Below are positions 1 through 9,767 of a stretch of 64,000 nt of DNA, one piece after another (within the stretch, counting starts at the first letter, position 1; each line of letters begins with the position of its first letter). A program made the translations under genes and the position numbers. Under the pieces are notes generated by a model. That model ran no database searches and was not told the DNA's origin. It saw only the letters and a list, made by a program, of their open reading frames with translations. The stretch comes from an uncultured archaeon (lineage in GTDB: Archaea; Asgardarchaeota; Lokiarchaeia; Sigyniarchaeales; SOKP01), in NCBI GenBank assembly GCA_964486045.1, contig CAZALK010000004.1, positions 96,001 through 160,000 of the forward strand, read 5' to 3'.

Positions 1-2
1 TT

Positions 3-1427
3 TTCGACAAATTATTTTATCCAAAAACTCTCGCCTTTATAGGTGCCAATCCAAGAAGAGTTTGGCATTTAAACGGTTACATAAACAGATTTCCAAAAGA
101 TTCTCTATATATTGTTTCGAATTACATCGATGAGTTTATGGAAAACCATGAAGAGTTATTCAAAGGTGTGAATATCTGCAAGGATATTTCAGATATTCCT
201 GATGAAATTGACCACAGTATAATTTCTGTAGGCAGAAATAGATTAATCAACACAATAAAGAAATGTTTAGAAAAAAAATTTTATACTATTCATGTTTTCT
301 CTGCAGGAACTGGGGAATTCGATGAGAAGGGTTTTGAAATTGAAGCGGAATTGTATGATTTGTTCAAAAACAACGAAAATAGCCGACTTGTGGGTCCAAA
401 TTGCATGGGAATTTACAGTCCAAGGGGAAGATTCTCATATAGTGGACGTTTTAGTGAACAGGCAGGAAATTTTGCATTAGTGTCTCAAAGTGGGGATCTT
501 ACTAATCGGATTGTTTCTGGTCTAAATAGTAGAGGAGTTTATTCTTCTTTTGCGGCGAGTGTAGGTAATTCTATCAGTCTTAGATCTTCAGATTTGATAG
601 ATTTCTATAATAGAGATGAAAATACGGATGTTATATTATCTTATATGGAGGGTTTTTCTCAATTTCGAAAATCAGAATTTGAAGGCAGAATTTTTTTCGA
701 TTCATTGAAGGAAAATAAGAAGCCACTTCTTCTATTGAAAGGTGGAATTTCAGAATTAGGAAAAAGAGCAGCAAGTAGTCATACAGGGTCATTAGCATCC
801 CAAAATCAAATATGGAATTCAATATACAAGCAAACAAATGCTATCCAAATAGTATCACTCGATGAATTATTAGATACTGCCGTGTTGTTTAGATTCTGTT
901 CCAATTGTGAACCAAAACATAATAGTATACTAATGGTAACTTATAGTGGAGGATCTTCAGTGCTAGGCGTGGATTCAATTGCTCGTTTGAAAGCGGGAAT
1001 AAATGTTCCTGCGATTCGAGAACCTACTCATTCCAAAATGAAAGAGTTAATCAGAGTAGGTTCTATAACAAACCCTTTAGATCTTCCGGATGTTAGAGAT
1101 GAAAATCTCCGATTTGAGTTGTTTAAACTAGCTATTAGTGAGGAGTATATATCAGGTGCTATTCGTCTTAACCCCGGACCTAAATGGAGAGGAATGGATC
1201 AGGATGAAGAAGCATTAAAGAAATATTATGCAGATTTAAAGAGATATAAAGAAATTTGTGATAAATTAGGTAAACCATTAATGTTAACTATTCCGAATTC
1301 AAACGATGCTGATTTCAGAAAAAAGCTGATTGAAATGGAAATACCTGTGTTCTCCAGCTTTTCAAGGGCAGCTAAAGCTTTTTCCAATCTTTATCGTTTT
1401 AAAAATCCTAAAATTAAAGCAAATTAA
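3..1427 (+). CDS. Acyl-CoA synthetase (NDP-forming) alpha-subunit / CoA-binding protein, 5' end outside window
   Basis: Frame is open from nt 3 (FDKLFYPKTLAFIGA...), upstream of the ORF-track Met at 138. Motifs GPNCMG, SQSG, SHTGSLA (phospho-His loop) and NPLDL are present. Confidence 0.9.
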   Translation, partial: FDKLFYPKTLAFIGANPRRVWHLNGYINRFPKDSLYIVSNYIDEFMENHEELFKGVNICKDISDIPDEIDHSIISVGRNRLINTIKKCLEKKFYTIHVFSAGTGEFDEKGFEIEAELYDLFKNNENSRLVGPNCMGIYSPRGRFSYSGRFSEQAGNFALVSQSGDLTNRIVSGLNSRGVYSSFAASVGNSISLRSSDLIDFYNRDENTDVILSYMEGFSQFRKSEFEGRIFFDSLKENKKPLLLLKGGISELGKRAASSHTGSLASQNQIWNSIYKQTNAIQIVSLDELLDTAVLFRFCSNCEPKHNSILMVTYSGGSSVLGVDSIARLKAGINVPAIREPTHSKMKELIRVGSITNPLDLPDVRDENLRFELFKLAISEEYISGAIRLNPGPKWRGMDQDEEALKKYYADLKRYKEICDKLGKPLMLTIPNSNDADFRKKLIEMEIPVFSSFSRAAKAFSNLYRFKNPKIKAN

Positions 1428-1546
1428 AAGAATAATTTTATCTTTAGTATTTTTCTATTTCAATCTCAACGCTAGCAAAAAATTGAGAAGTATTTAAAGA
1501 ACTCTATATCATAAAAACTCTTTAAGAATGAAAATTTTTTTAAATT

Positions 1547-3778
1547 ATGACAGAAACGTTTGAATTTCAAGCTGAAATCAAAAAATTACTGAATATCCTC
1601 AGCAAATCGTTATATCAACATACCGAGGTGTTTCTTAGGGAACTCATTAGCAACTCGGTAGACGCTCTGAAAAAAATACACTTCATCTTGTTAACCAACC
1701 GTGATATTGAGAATCCCGATGTTGAGTTAAAAATAGAAGTATGGATCGATTCTGAAGCAAAGACCCTAACAGTCAAAGATACCGGAGTAGGGATGGTAAA
1801 AGATGACTTAATAAACGATCTTGGGACTATAGCTGGGAGTGGGACAGAAAAATTTGCTGCACAACTCGAACAACTAAAAGAAGAAGATAAGGAAAAATTA
1901 GATTTGGATATTATCGGTCAATTTGGAGTAGGTTTCTATTCAGTGTTTATGGTAGCTAATAATGTTTCAGTTCTTACAAAATCATACAAAAAAGAAGAAC
2001 CTGCACTCCATTGGGAATCGGAAGGCTCTGGTAATTTCTCTATAAAGGAAAATAAGCGAGAAATAAGAGGTACAGATGTAACTCTGCACATGAATGAGGA
2101 AGGAGTAGAATTTCTGAACCGATACCGAATTGAAGATATAATAAAGAAATATTCTAATTTTGTATCGTTTCCGATTTATGTAAGAGATCTGAAGGAAGAA
2201 CGAGATGCTGAGAAGCTGGGTAAGGAGAAGAAAGAAGAAGTCAAAAATAAGAAACCAGATGAAAAGAAAACGGAAGAAATTGATGAGGAGAAAGAGAAAA
2301 AAGAAGAGATTCCAAAACCTGTTAATGAGACCACACCTTTGTGGAAAAAATCTAAAAATAAGATAAGTGAAGACGATTATAAGAGCTTTTACCAATTTAT
2401 CTCCAAGCGTTATGATGAATATCAAGAAGTTATTAATTATCGTGTAGATGGTCAGGTACAATTCAAATCTATAATGTTTATTCCTAAAACACCCGATGAT
2501 AACTTATTTCAACAAGATACCGAGTACGGGCTAAGTTTATATTCTAATAACGTCATGATCATGGAACGATGTAAAGAACTCTTACCACAATGGATGAGAT
2601 TTGTTAGGGGGGTTGTGGAATCAGACGAAATTCCTTTAAATGTCGCAAGAGAAACTATCCAAACTAACCGGAAGATAAGAAAGATGAGTGATCTTCTGAT
2701 AAAAAGATTCTTACGAGAACTAAAAGGAAACGCAGAGCTTCATCCTGATAAGTATAAGAAATTCTGGGATGAATATGGTAGTTTTATCAAGGAAGGTCTA
2801 ATTCAGGACAGAATTCGAGAGAAACGCCTTAAAGAATTATTAAGATTTAAGACATCTAAGACCAATGATGATGAAGTCGTAGGATTTAAAGAATATGTGG
2901 AACGTTTGAAAGAAGGACAAGAGGATATCTATTATTTAGTTGGAGAAAATATTGATCGTATGAAACTTTCCCCCCATCTTGGATACTATCTTGAAAATGA
3001 CCTTGAAGTCATCCTCTTTGATACTACTATTGATAATTTCTTGATGATGAATATTCAAAATTACACGGTTACTGAAGGAGAAGGAGAGGATCAACAAGTA
3101 AAAATCTATAAATTAACTCCAATTGACATTTCTGAAAAAACTGAAGAGAGTAAAGACGAAAAGGATACAAAAAAAGAAAAGAAAAAGGAAAAGCTGCCAA
3201 AAGATACTAGAAAGTTCTTAGAACGGGTAAAAAAAATAGTTGGTGATAAAATTGTTGATGTTAAAGTTTCCAATGTATTGCATAATTATCCTTGTAGATT
3301 AGCGACACCAGCAGAAGGGCCCTCCTCTAGCATGCAGCGAGCCATGCGTTATTGGACACATATTAAGGGTACTGATACATTTGAAATTCCAAGAAAAATA
3401 TTTGAACTTAATCCCGACCATCCCTTAATCAGAGATCTTATAAAATTACACTCTGAGGATCCTAAGAGTAAAAAAATTGAGCCCGTAGTACTTCAATTAT
3501 TCGAGAATAGCTTAGTCTCTGAGGGAGATCTCCCCGAACCTGCTTCAATGGTTCCCAGAATTAACCAAATTCTTGAGATGTTCATAACCGGAAAAGATGA
3601 TGTAGAGCGAATTGAACCGAAGAAACAAGATATTACTGACAACGAGATAAAGGAAGAAGAGCCAGACAAAGAAAAAGATGATGCAGAAGAAGAAGAACTA
3701 TTAAATGAACAAAAAAAAACTTCTACCAGAAATGCTGATGGGAAAATCATAGTTGATGTGGATCTTGAGGATGACTAA
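1547..3778 (+). CDS. htpG: Hsp90/HtpG molecular chaperone
   Basis: FEFQAEI, VFLRELISNxxDAL, DTGVGM, IGQFGVGFYS, PLNVxRE and FELNPDHPLI motifs; long charged linker and acidic C-terminal tail. Confidence 0.97.
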   Translation: MTETFEFQAEIKKLLNILSKSLYQHTEVFLRELISNSVDALKKIHFILLTNRDIENPDVELKIEVWIDSEAKTLTVKDTGVGMVKDDLINDLGTIAGSGTEKFAAQLEQLKEEDKEKLDLDIIGQFGVGFYSVFMVANNVSVLTKSYKKEEPALHWESEGSGNFSIKENKREIRGTDVTLHMNEEGVEFLNRYRIEDIIKKYSNFVSFPIYVRDLKEERDAEKLGKEKKEEVKNKKPDEKKTEEIDEEKEKKEEIPKPVNETTPLWKKSKNKISEDDYKSFYQFISKRYDEYQEVINYRVDGQVQFKSIMFIPKTPDDNLFQQDTEYGLSLYSNNVMIMERCKELLPQWMRFVRGVVESDEIPLNVARETIQTNRKIRKMSDLLIKRFLRELKGNAELHPDKYKKFWDEYGSFIKEGLIQDRIREKRLKELLRFKTSKTNDDEVVGFKEYVERLKEGQEDIYYLVGENIDRMKLSPHLGYYLENDLEVILFDTTIDNFLMMNIQNYTVTEGEGEDQQVKIYKLTPIDISEKTEESKDEKDTKKEKKKEKLPKDTRKFLERVKKIVGDKIVDVKVSNVLHNYPCRLATPAEGPSSSMQRAMRYWTHIKGTDTFEIPRKIFELNPDHPLIRDLIKLHSEDPKSKKIEPVVLQLFENSLVSEGDLPEPASMVPRINQILEMFITGKDDVERIEPKKQDITDNEIKEEEPDKEKDDAEEEELLNEQKKTSTRNADGKIIVDVDLEDD

Positions 3779-3883
3779 CTCTCTTAAATTTTTATTTTCT
3801 TCCTTAAGATTAAAGCTCTTTAAATTTTAGAAATCCTTTTATTCATTCTTTTTTTAGTAAATTATTATCTCACTGAGATATAA

Positions 3884-4094
3884 TTCGACTTTTTCGAAAA
3901 ACTTTTTTATCCAAAAACACTCGCATTTATCGGTGCCAATCCAAGAAGAGTTTGGCATTTAAATGGTTACATAAACAGATTTCCAAATGATTCTCTTTAT
4001 ATTGTTTCAAATTACGTCGACGAATTTTTGAAACAGTAAAAGCTTTTTCGAATTTGTATTGTTATAAAAATCCTAAAATACGGTAAATTAAAAG
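3884..4094 (+). pseudogene. Internally deleted copy of the acyl-CoA synthetase gene (5' end joined to 3' end)
   Basis: 3891-4030 matches 1-140 with about 14 mismatches. 4033-4094 matches the gene's 3' end (KAFSNLYxxKNPKI, about 1368-1431) in another frame. Confidence 0.9.
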
Positions 4095-4237
4095 ATAAAG
4101 AATTTTCTGAGATCCAAGTAATAAACATTTATCAACTAAAATCATCTAATGAACTATAAATATAAATTTATGTAAGTTAATTTTAAAAAATTTGCTGATA
4201 TCTTTTTTAGAGTATGAAAAATTAGTTACTTATGTAA

Positions 4238-4750
4238 ATGATTGATTATGGTCATTTGTGCTTGTTAATTTTTGCTCAAGGCACGTGGAAAGAGAATTAT
4301 AAGCATAAATTGTTGGATCAAATTAAAAAGAATTTTCTTTCAAACGTGGAAATTGATGACATAGATCTTTGGAGTGAGATAAATAAGAGTTCTTTATTTG
4401 ATCCTAAAAATCCCGAAGCAAATGATAAACCTTGTGAACTATGTCATGTTCTTTATAAAATTTATGAGGGGAAAAAAGGGGGGAATGATGGATTAATCCT
4501 TTTTTCTCACAATATTATTAGTTGGAATGGTACAGGAAATTTACTGTCGTTTCTATTAGGTGAAAGAAATATAAAAAAGGTGTACTACTTAGAATTGGAT
4601 CAAGATTCTTATCTTATAAAAACTAAGGATAGAATTCCTGAGATAATCAATAATATTAAGGATATAAGGATCAATAGAACCGAGTTTTTTACTCTACTTG
4701 AAATGAAAGAATTAGAATTTAGCAAATTATATGAAATTGGTAAATTTTAG
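4238..4750 (+). CDS. Hypothetical protein
   Basis: 170-aa ATG ORF with normal composition; no family recognised. Confidence 0.65.
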   Translation: MIDYGHLCLLIFAQGTWKENYKHKLLDQIKKNFLSNVEIDDIDLWSEINKSSLFDPKNPEANDKPCELCHVLYKIYEGKKGGNDGLILFSHNIISWNGTGNLLSFLLGERNIKKVYYLELDQDSYLIKTKDRIPEIINNIKDIRINRTEFFTLLEMKELEFSKLYEIGKF

Positions 4751-4829
4751 GATTTAATCATCGATTAATTACGAACGATTTTAAATTTATAAAAGATAAA
4801 GCACATTATTCTTTTTGATCGGTTTAAAC

Positions 4830-5267
4830 TTAATTTGAACTTAGATAATTCTTACAGAATTCTTCTGATGTGCCAATTTTTATTAGGTTCTTTACTCGAT
4901 TAAATTTTCCATCATTAGAGATTAAGAATGACACTTTCTCACGTAAAGAAGCTGCGACAATAATACTATCAGGCAATCTAAGATTTGTTTCACTTCGAAT
5001 TTTTGCCGATTGATCAGCTAATCCCCTATCCAAATTAACGATTATGTAATTATCTTGTGAATATAATTTTGAAATATATTCATCTTTCTCTTTAGGTTTG
5101 TTTATATTATAGTAACCTACACATAGTTCTGCAATTGTAATGATCGAAACAACTCCTTTTAATTGTCCATCTTCAATCGCATCTAAAATCTTAGAAGAAT
5201 ATTCGAAAAATGGTTCTTCTTCTTCCTTAACATTTATAAAGATATTAGTATCAATTGTAATTTTCAT
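4830..5267 (-). CDS. vapC: VapC-type PIN-domain toxin
   Basis: IDTN..E..LRLPDSIIVA..LISND acidic PIN residues; probable ATG at 5267 overlaps the antitoxin stop (TAATG). Confidence 0.9.
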   Translation of the reverse strand: MKITIDTNIFINVKEEEEPFFEYSSKILDAIEDGQLKGVVSIITIAELCVGYYNINKPKEKDEYISKLYSQDNYIIVNLDRGLADQSAKIRSETNLRLPDSIIVAASLREKVSFLISNDGKFNRVKNLIKIGTSEEFCKNYLSSN

Positions 5268-5503
5268 TAATCCCATTCCTTTCTTAATTTCCTCTGAAAT
5301 TCAACACCTTTAACCCCCCAACGAGTATGGCTTTTTAATATCTCTACAAGCCTTCTCTTTTCGGGTTTCTTCAGAATTATCTCATTATCTTTCAAATAAA
5401 CAATAATTTTATCCCCTTTTAAAATGTTCAATCGTTCTCTAACTTCTTTGGGAATGGTTATTTGCCCTTTTTCACTTACAGTTATTTTAGCTACTATCTC
5501 CAT
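5267..5503 (-). CDS. vapB: AbrB/MazE/SpoVT-type antitoxin
   Basis: VSEKGQITIPKEVRERLNILKGD swapped-hairpin signature, directly upstream of the PIN gene. Confidence 0.9.
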   Translation of the reverse strand: MEIVAKITVSEKGQITIPKEVRERLNILKGDKIIVYLKDNEIILKKPEKRRLVEILKSHTRWGVKGVEFQRKLRKEWD

Positions 5504-5514
5504 TAATCATCATT

Positions 5515-5552
5515 TTTTACTTTCCTATTTATAAGTAAAACCTTTCTTACTT
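5515..5552. promoter_or_regulatory. Probable TA autoregulatory operator (overlapping inverted repeats)
   Basis: TTTTACTT-N10-AAGTAAAA (5515-5540) overlapping AAGTAA-N8-TTACTT (5533-5552), just upstream of the antitoxin ATG. Confidence 0.5.
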
Positions 5553-5829
5553 TTAAGTCTTACTATGAATGGAAATCTATTGAAAATTTTTGGTTTCATT
5601 ATTAGAAATATCTTTCTAGAACATGAATTATCATAAAATATTGCCGAAATAATTTATAAAAAGTATAATGTGAGAGTCCATATCGTTTAACAAAACCAAA
5701 TTTCACTTTGTTTCTAAAGATCAATTACTACAAAATAGTTAAAGAAATTCTTGAGATCCACGTAATAAACCTTTAAAAACTAAGACAATTTACATAATGA
5801 AATTAATAAAAAATTTGGAGGAATCAGAA

Positions 5830-6957
5830 ATGACACAAGTAGAAGTGAAAGAGAGTTATGAAAATATCCGTAAATTGCTAAGTTCTGGATACTCAAGACG
5901 ATTGCCAAAACATGAACTCACAGATAAATTAATACAAAATCTCTATCATGAAGAGGAGGTAGCAATAATTTCTTCTAGCTTCAAAGAAATTAAGGAATAT
6001 CTTACCGTTGACCAGATAAGCGAAAGATCTGGAGTAGAGGATAAGGAAAAATTAAAAAAAATGTTAGATCATATGGTCTATAAAGGTACTCTTATGAGGG
6101 GAAGAAATTCAACATATTATATGTTTTCATATTTACCGGGAATTTTTGAAGCATATTTTACTGCTGTAAGGGATACACCGGAGAGGTTGAAAGAAGCAGG
6201 GAAAGCACATAGAGGATTACGTAAAATTAGTTTCGGAACTGATGGAAGGTGGCCGGTCCCGTTACCGACTGACTTTAATAAGAAGAGTGCGTGGAGATAC
6301 GTTCCTACTATGGAACCTGTATTAAGATCAATAGAAATTAATGAAGAATTAGATGTAAAAAATGAAATATTACCATTTGAGGTTCTTGAGAAGCATCTAT
6401 CTGTTTATGAAGTCTTTTCAGAGACCCCTTGTAGTTGTAGAGAATCAGCAAAATTAGCAGATGAGAAATGTGAGAGAACTACTGAAAATTTTTGTATACA
6501 AGCAGGAGATTATGCTAAAGGTGCTATTAATAATGGAACAGGAAAAGCTTTAAGTTATGATGAGGCAATGAAACGTTTGAAAGAAGCAGAAAAGAATGGA
6601 TTAGTCCATTCTACTACAAATAAATTAGATCCTTCGATGTTTGTATGTAATTGTTGCCCATGTTGTTGTATGGCCTTAGCTCCAGTGATAAAAGGATATA
6701 AACTCGGTGCCGCAAAATCGAATTTTGATCCTGTAATTGATCATGATTTATGTGCTTTGTGCGACACGTGTGTAGATATTTGTCCAATGGAAATTATTGA
6801 GCATGTTGATGACTTTGATGGTGAAAAAATCATTTTCGGCCTTGATGGTTGTTTAGGATGCGGTTTATGTGCCGCAAATTGCCCTGAAGAAGCGATTTCT
6901 TTAGAAAAAGTTAGAAATGATATTCCGCGTCAATCAATGGGAAATTTATTCTCTTAA
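5830..6957 (+). CDS. 4Fe-4S dicluster protein with N-terminal HTH-like region and Cys-rich central domain
   Basis: CSC..C..C, CNCCPCCC and two CxxCxxCxxxCP motifs; GGAGG 8 nt before ATG 5830. Confidence 0.85.
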   Translation: MTQVEVKESYENIRKLLSSGYSRRLPKHELTDKLIQNLYHEEEVAIISSSFKEIKEYLTVDQISERSGVEDKEKLKKMLDHMVYKGTLMRGRNSTYYMFSYLPGIFEAYFTAVRDTPERLKEAGKAHRGLRKISFGTDGRWPVPLPTDFNKKSAWRYVPTMEPVLRSIEINEELDVKNEILPFEVLEKHLSVYEVFSETPCSCRESAKLADEKCERTTENFCIQAGDYAKGAINNGTGKALSYDEAMKRLKEAEKNGLVHSTTNKLDPSMFVCNCCPCCCMALAPVIKGYKLGAAKSNFDPVIDHDLCALCDTCVDICPMEIIEHVDDFDGEKIIFGLDGCLGCGLCAANCPEEAISLEKVRNDIPRQSMGNLFS

Positions 6958-7116
6958 ATATTACCACCTTTTTTAATTCCATTTAATCAACTTATTTTTG
7001 TTGTTTTTTCGTTAATTATCTATACGACAAAATTGATATTGAAAGTTTCAAATTTGAATATCAACTGGTCTGATTTGAAAGATTTAAATTGAATAGAACT
7101 TAAAATTTGATTCCTG

Positions 7117-8130
7117 CTAGTCCAAGAGTGAGTCGAGTGAAATGAATTTTTTGGCGAAATCCCGAAAAACAGCATTATCCGGAAACCATATTTTATTCTG
7201 GCGACCATATTGCCAAAGGATCATGCGATCCATCAGCATGTAAATACGGAAGCGCTCCTTATAGCCTGGACGTAACGGGCATCGCTCTCGGTAAGCTGTT
7301 ATGAAGGTTCGTGCTGCGTCTTGATTCGGAAAGGCCAGACTTGCAGTCATACGCGACAAATCTTGCTCTCCGTCTCCATAAGCACAGGTCATAAAGTCGA
7401 GGATCCCGCTAAGTTTCCAGCTATCCTTGGATCTCTCAACCAATAAGTTCCCCTCCTTATAGTCGTAGTGGACGAAGCAAGGTTGAAACGGGACTGAAAG
7501 CGCTTGCCGATTTTCCTTTATGACCTCGTTAATGAAATTGAGATCCCTGTCGTGAAGCGCATCTGGAACGTTCAGGGTCTTTGTTTGCCAGTCATTGAGC
7601 GATCGAATCACCCAATCACTGAACGAATCCTCCGCGCAAATCCCTCCTGAGGTGGGATCGTATTCTCCCGGTTCCAAAGCGGTCAAGCTATGCATTTCTG
7701 CTAAACCGTCACCCATCATCCTTGCAATCTCGACGTAATCTTCGGATCTGAGTTGATCTCGGAGATCAGAGGGAGGTATCCCTGGAAGACGCGGCATCAA
7801 AGCGTAGTTCCAGCCGAATAAATCCTCTGTTTCCTCGACAAGATAAGGCCAGGGTATCGGTGCTCTAGTGCTGCGATGAAGCTGTTCGAGGAAAAAGCGT
7901 TCTTTTGCGAACTGCCAAGGCCAATGGGGCGCGCCCCTTAGAACCCACTCACCGGACTTTGATGTCAGGAAGGCATTTTGACCGAAAAGACCGGCGGTTA
8001 TTGGCTGGACGTCTATAAGGTCGCCGAGATTATGCTTGTCCAACGCTGCTTGTAACTGATCTCGCGATAATTGCCCAAGTCGCTTAGAGAGCTTAAATTT
8101 GTCAGCCTGATCGTTATGCAATTTCTTCAT
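7117..8130 (-). CDS. Aminoglycoside/choline-kinase-like phosphotransferase (APH family), high GC
   Basis: HYDYKEGN (HxDxxxxN) and ILDF motifs; GAGGGGG SD before ATG 8130; sampled lines 47-50% GC. Confidence 0.85.
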   Translation of the reverse strand: MKKLHNDQADKFKLSKRLGQLSRDQLQAALDKHNLGDLIDVQPITAGLFGQNAFLTSKSGEWVLRGAPHWPWQFAKERFFLEQLHRSTRAPIPWPYLVEETEDLFGWNYALMPRLPGIPPSDLRDQLRSEDYVEIARMMGDGLAEMHSLTALEPGEYDPTSGGICAEDSFSDWVIRSLNDWQTKTLNVPDALHDRDLNFINEVIKENRQALSVPFQPCFVHYDYKEGNLLVERSKDSWKLSGILDFMTCAYGDGEQDLSRMTASLAFPNQDAARTFITAYRERCPLRPGYKERFRIYMLMDRMILWQYGRQNKIWFPDNAVFRDFAKKFISLDSLLD

Positions 8131-9406
8131 AAAAGCAATCCCCCTCTTCGAGATCCTTGTTAAAATCAATATGTCTTATTCCTGTAGGCATATATAATGA
8201 CACTATAACGACTAATCCCCCCATAGCACTTAGAAAGAATAATAATCTTATTCCTATAATTTCAGCTAAAAATCCAGTTAGTAATGCACCAATGGGAATC
8301 ATTAGCAGAGATAATGCACTTCCAATTGAAGTAGCTCTTCCCAATTTATCATGGGGTACATTTGTTTGTACAATTGTTTGAACCACAGTGCTATTAATTA
8401 TTTGAAAAAACCCCATCAAAAATTCACTTAAAAATATTATAATAATTGCTCTTGTAGGAGCAAAAGCTAACCACATGTACCCAATCATCACAAATACTAA
8501 TGAAGCGAATGAAGTGTAAATTTTATGATTCCAGTGTTTTTTAACGATAGTAAGTATGGCTCCACAAATAATACCTACTTGAAACCCCACGGAAAATAAT
8601 GCGTATTCTAGCTCGTTTCCTAAATGAATTACATTCACATAATAAGGAAATAATACATTTAAGGGTTGTATTATTAAGTTAAGAAGCATCCCCATCATAG
8701 TAAGAATAAGCACACCAGGAGTTATCCAGATTGTGCGAAGACCCTCCACAACTTCAGCTATAAAAAACTCACTTTTAGTTTTTTCTTCCTCACTCCTTAC
8801 TTTAGGGATTTTAATTACCAGTAATGGTCCTAAGGCAATAAAAAATGTTATGATATCTAACCATAGAGCTTGCTGTACAGCAACTGATAATGTGAGATTA
8901 ATTCTCAGAAAAACCAAAATGGTTCCTGCTAGAGCTGGACCTAAAAGTTGTACTGTACCAGTAGCAAAAAAATTAATTCCGTTTACTCTGCTTAATTTAT
9001 CTTTGGGAACCATTGTTGGGATAATCACAATTACAGTTGATTGATGAAAACCCTGAAAGACACTTCTAATTGTTATAAAGATCAAAAATATCCAATAATC
9101 AGTAAATCCAAAAGTCATAAATACCATAAGAATGAAAGTTGCAAACGCCTGCGATGAATCTACTACTAAAATCAGAATTTTTCTATTTAATCTATCAGCA
9201 AAAACGCCAGCTATTGGAGTGGCGATAATTAAGGGTACAATATAGCAAACTCGTGCCCATGCTAAGACAGCTGGACTCTGAGTTGTCTCCGTTAAATACC
9301 ATGTGACGAGAAAATAGACTGCAATAGAGCCCAAGAGGGAAAATACCTGTCCTCCCCAAAAAAATATATAATGTTGAAATGTGGTTTTCGTTGGCTTAGT
9401 TTCCAA
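8114..9406 (-). CDS. MFS efflux transporter (DHA3/MefA-like)
   Basis: FWGGQVFSLLGS, GVFADRLNRK (motif A), PKDKLSRVNG and DKLGR; about 12 TM segments. Confidence 0.9.
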   Translation of the reverse strand: METKPTKTTFQHYIFFWGGQVFSLLGSIAVYFLVTWYLTETTQSPAVLAWARVCYIVPLIIATPIAGVFADRLNRKILILVVDSSQAFATFILMVFMTFGFTDYWIFLIFITIRSVFQGFHQSTVIVIIPTMVPKDKLSRVNGINFFATGTVQLLGPALAGTILVFLRINLTLSVAVQQALWLDIITFFIALGPLLVIKIPKVRSEEEKTKSEFFIAEVVEGLRTIWITPGVLILTMMGMLLNLIIQPLNVLFPYYVNVIHLGNELEYALFSVGFQVGIICGAILTIVKKHWNHKIYTSFASLVFVMIGYMWLAFAPTRAIIIIFLSEFLMGFFQIINSTVVQTIVQTNVPHDKLGRATSIGSALSLLMIPIGALLTGFLAEIIGIRLLFFLSAMGGLVVIVSLYMPTGIRHIDFNKDLEEGDCFYEEIA

Positions 9407-9767
9407 TTTTATTATCAGCTTTTATCTTATCAAATTTCACTAAATTTTCATTGAAATTAGACTTTGAATTTACCATTCTATACTAATTTCAAAGGAAATC
9501 GGCACAAAATTTTCAAAAAGCTCGAAAAACTAAGACCAAAAACTGTTTAATATAATTAAAGATAGCTTAAAAAGGATATCACGAAAAACCTCACACCCTG
9601 TGGCTAGATACAAATGTAAACCTTCCCCCTAAAAATCGATTTAATAGACAAATTATTAATTGAAAATGAAAAAGGCTATAAAAATCATGGCTCACCGAAA
9701 ATTATTTGTCTTATGATTGAAAAGTATATAATAATATGAATTATCTTTCGTTCGAAGATGGTAATGT

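Noticed and set aside
1464-1525. Inverted repeats upstream of htpG (TCTCAA-N13-TTGAGA; TTAAAGA-N18-TCTTTAA) as a heat-shock operator
   Set aside because: They do not match CIRCE or HAIR, and short arms are expected by chance in AT-rich DNA
1-4030. The 140-nt repeat pair as a DGR template/variable region or an att site
   Set aside because: Mismatches are not adenine-specific but mostly synonymous, no reverse transcriptase or integrase is present, and a deleted paralogue explains it
4238-4750. CELCH as a c-type heme-binding motif
   Set aside because: Single occurrence, no signal peptide and no cytochrome context
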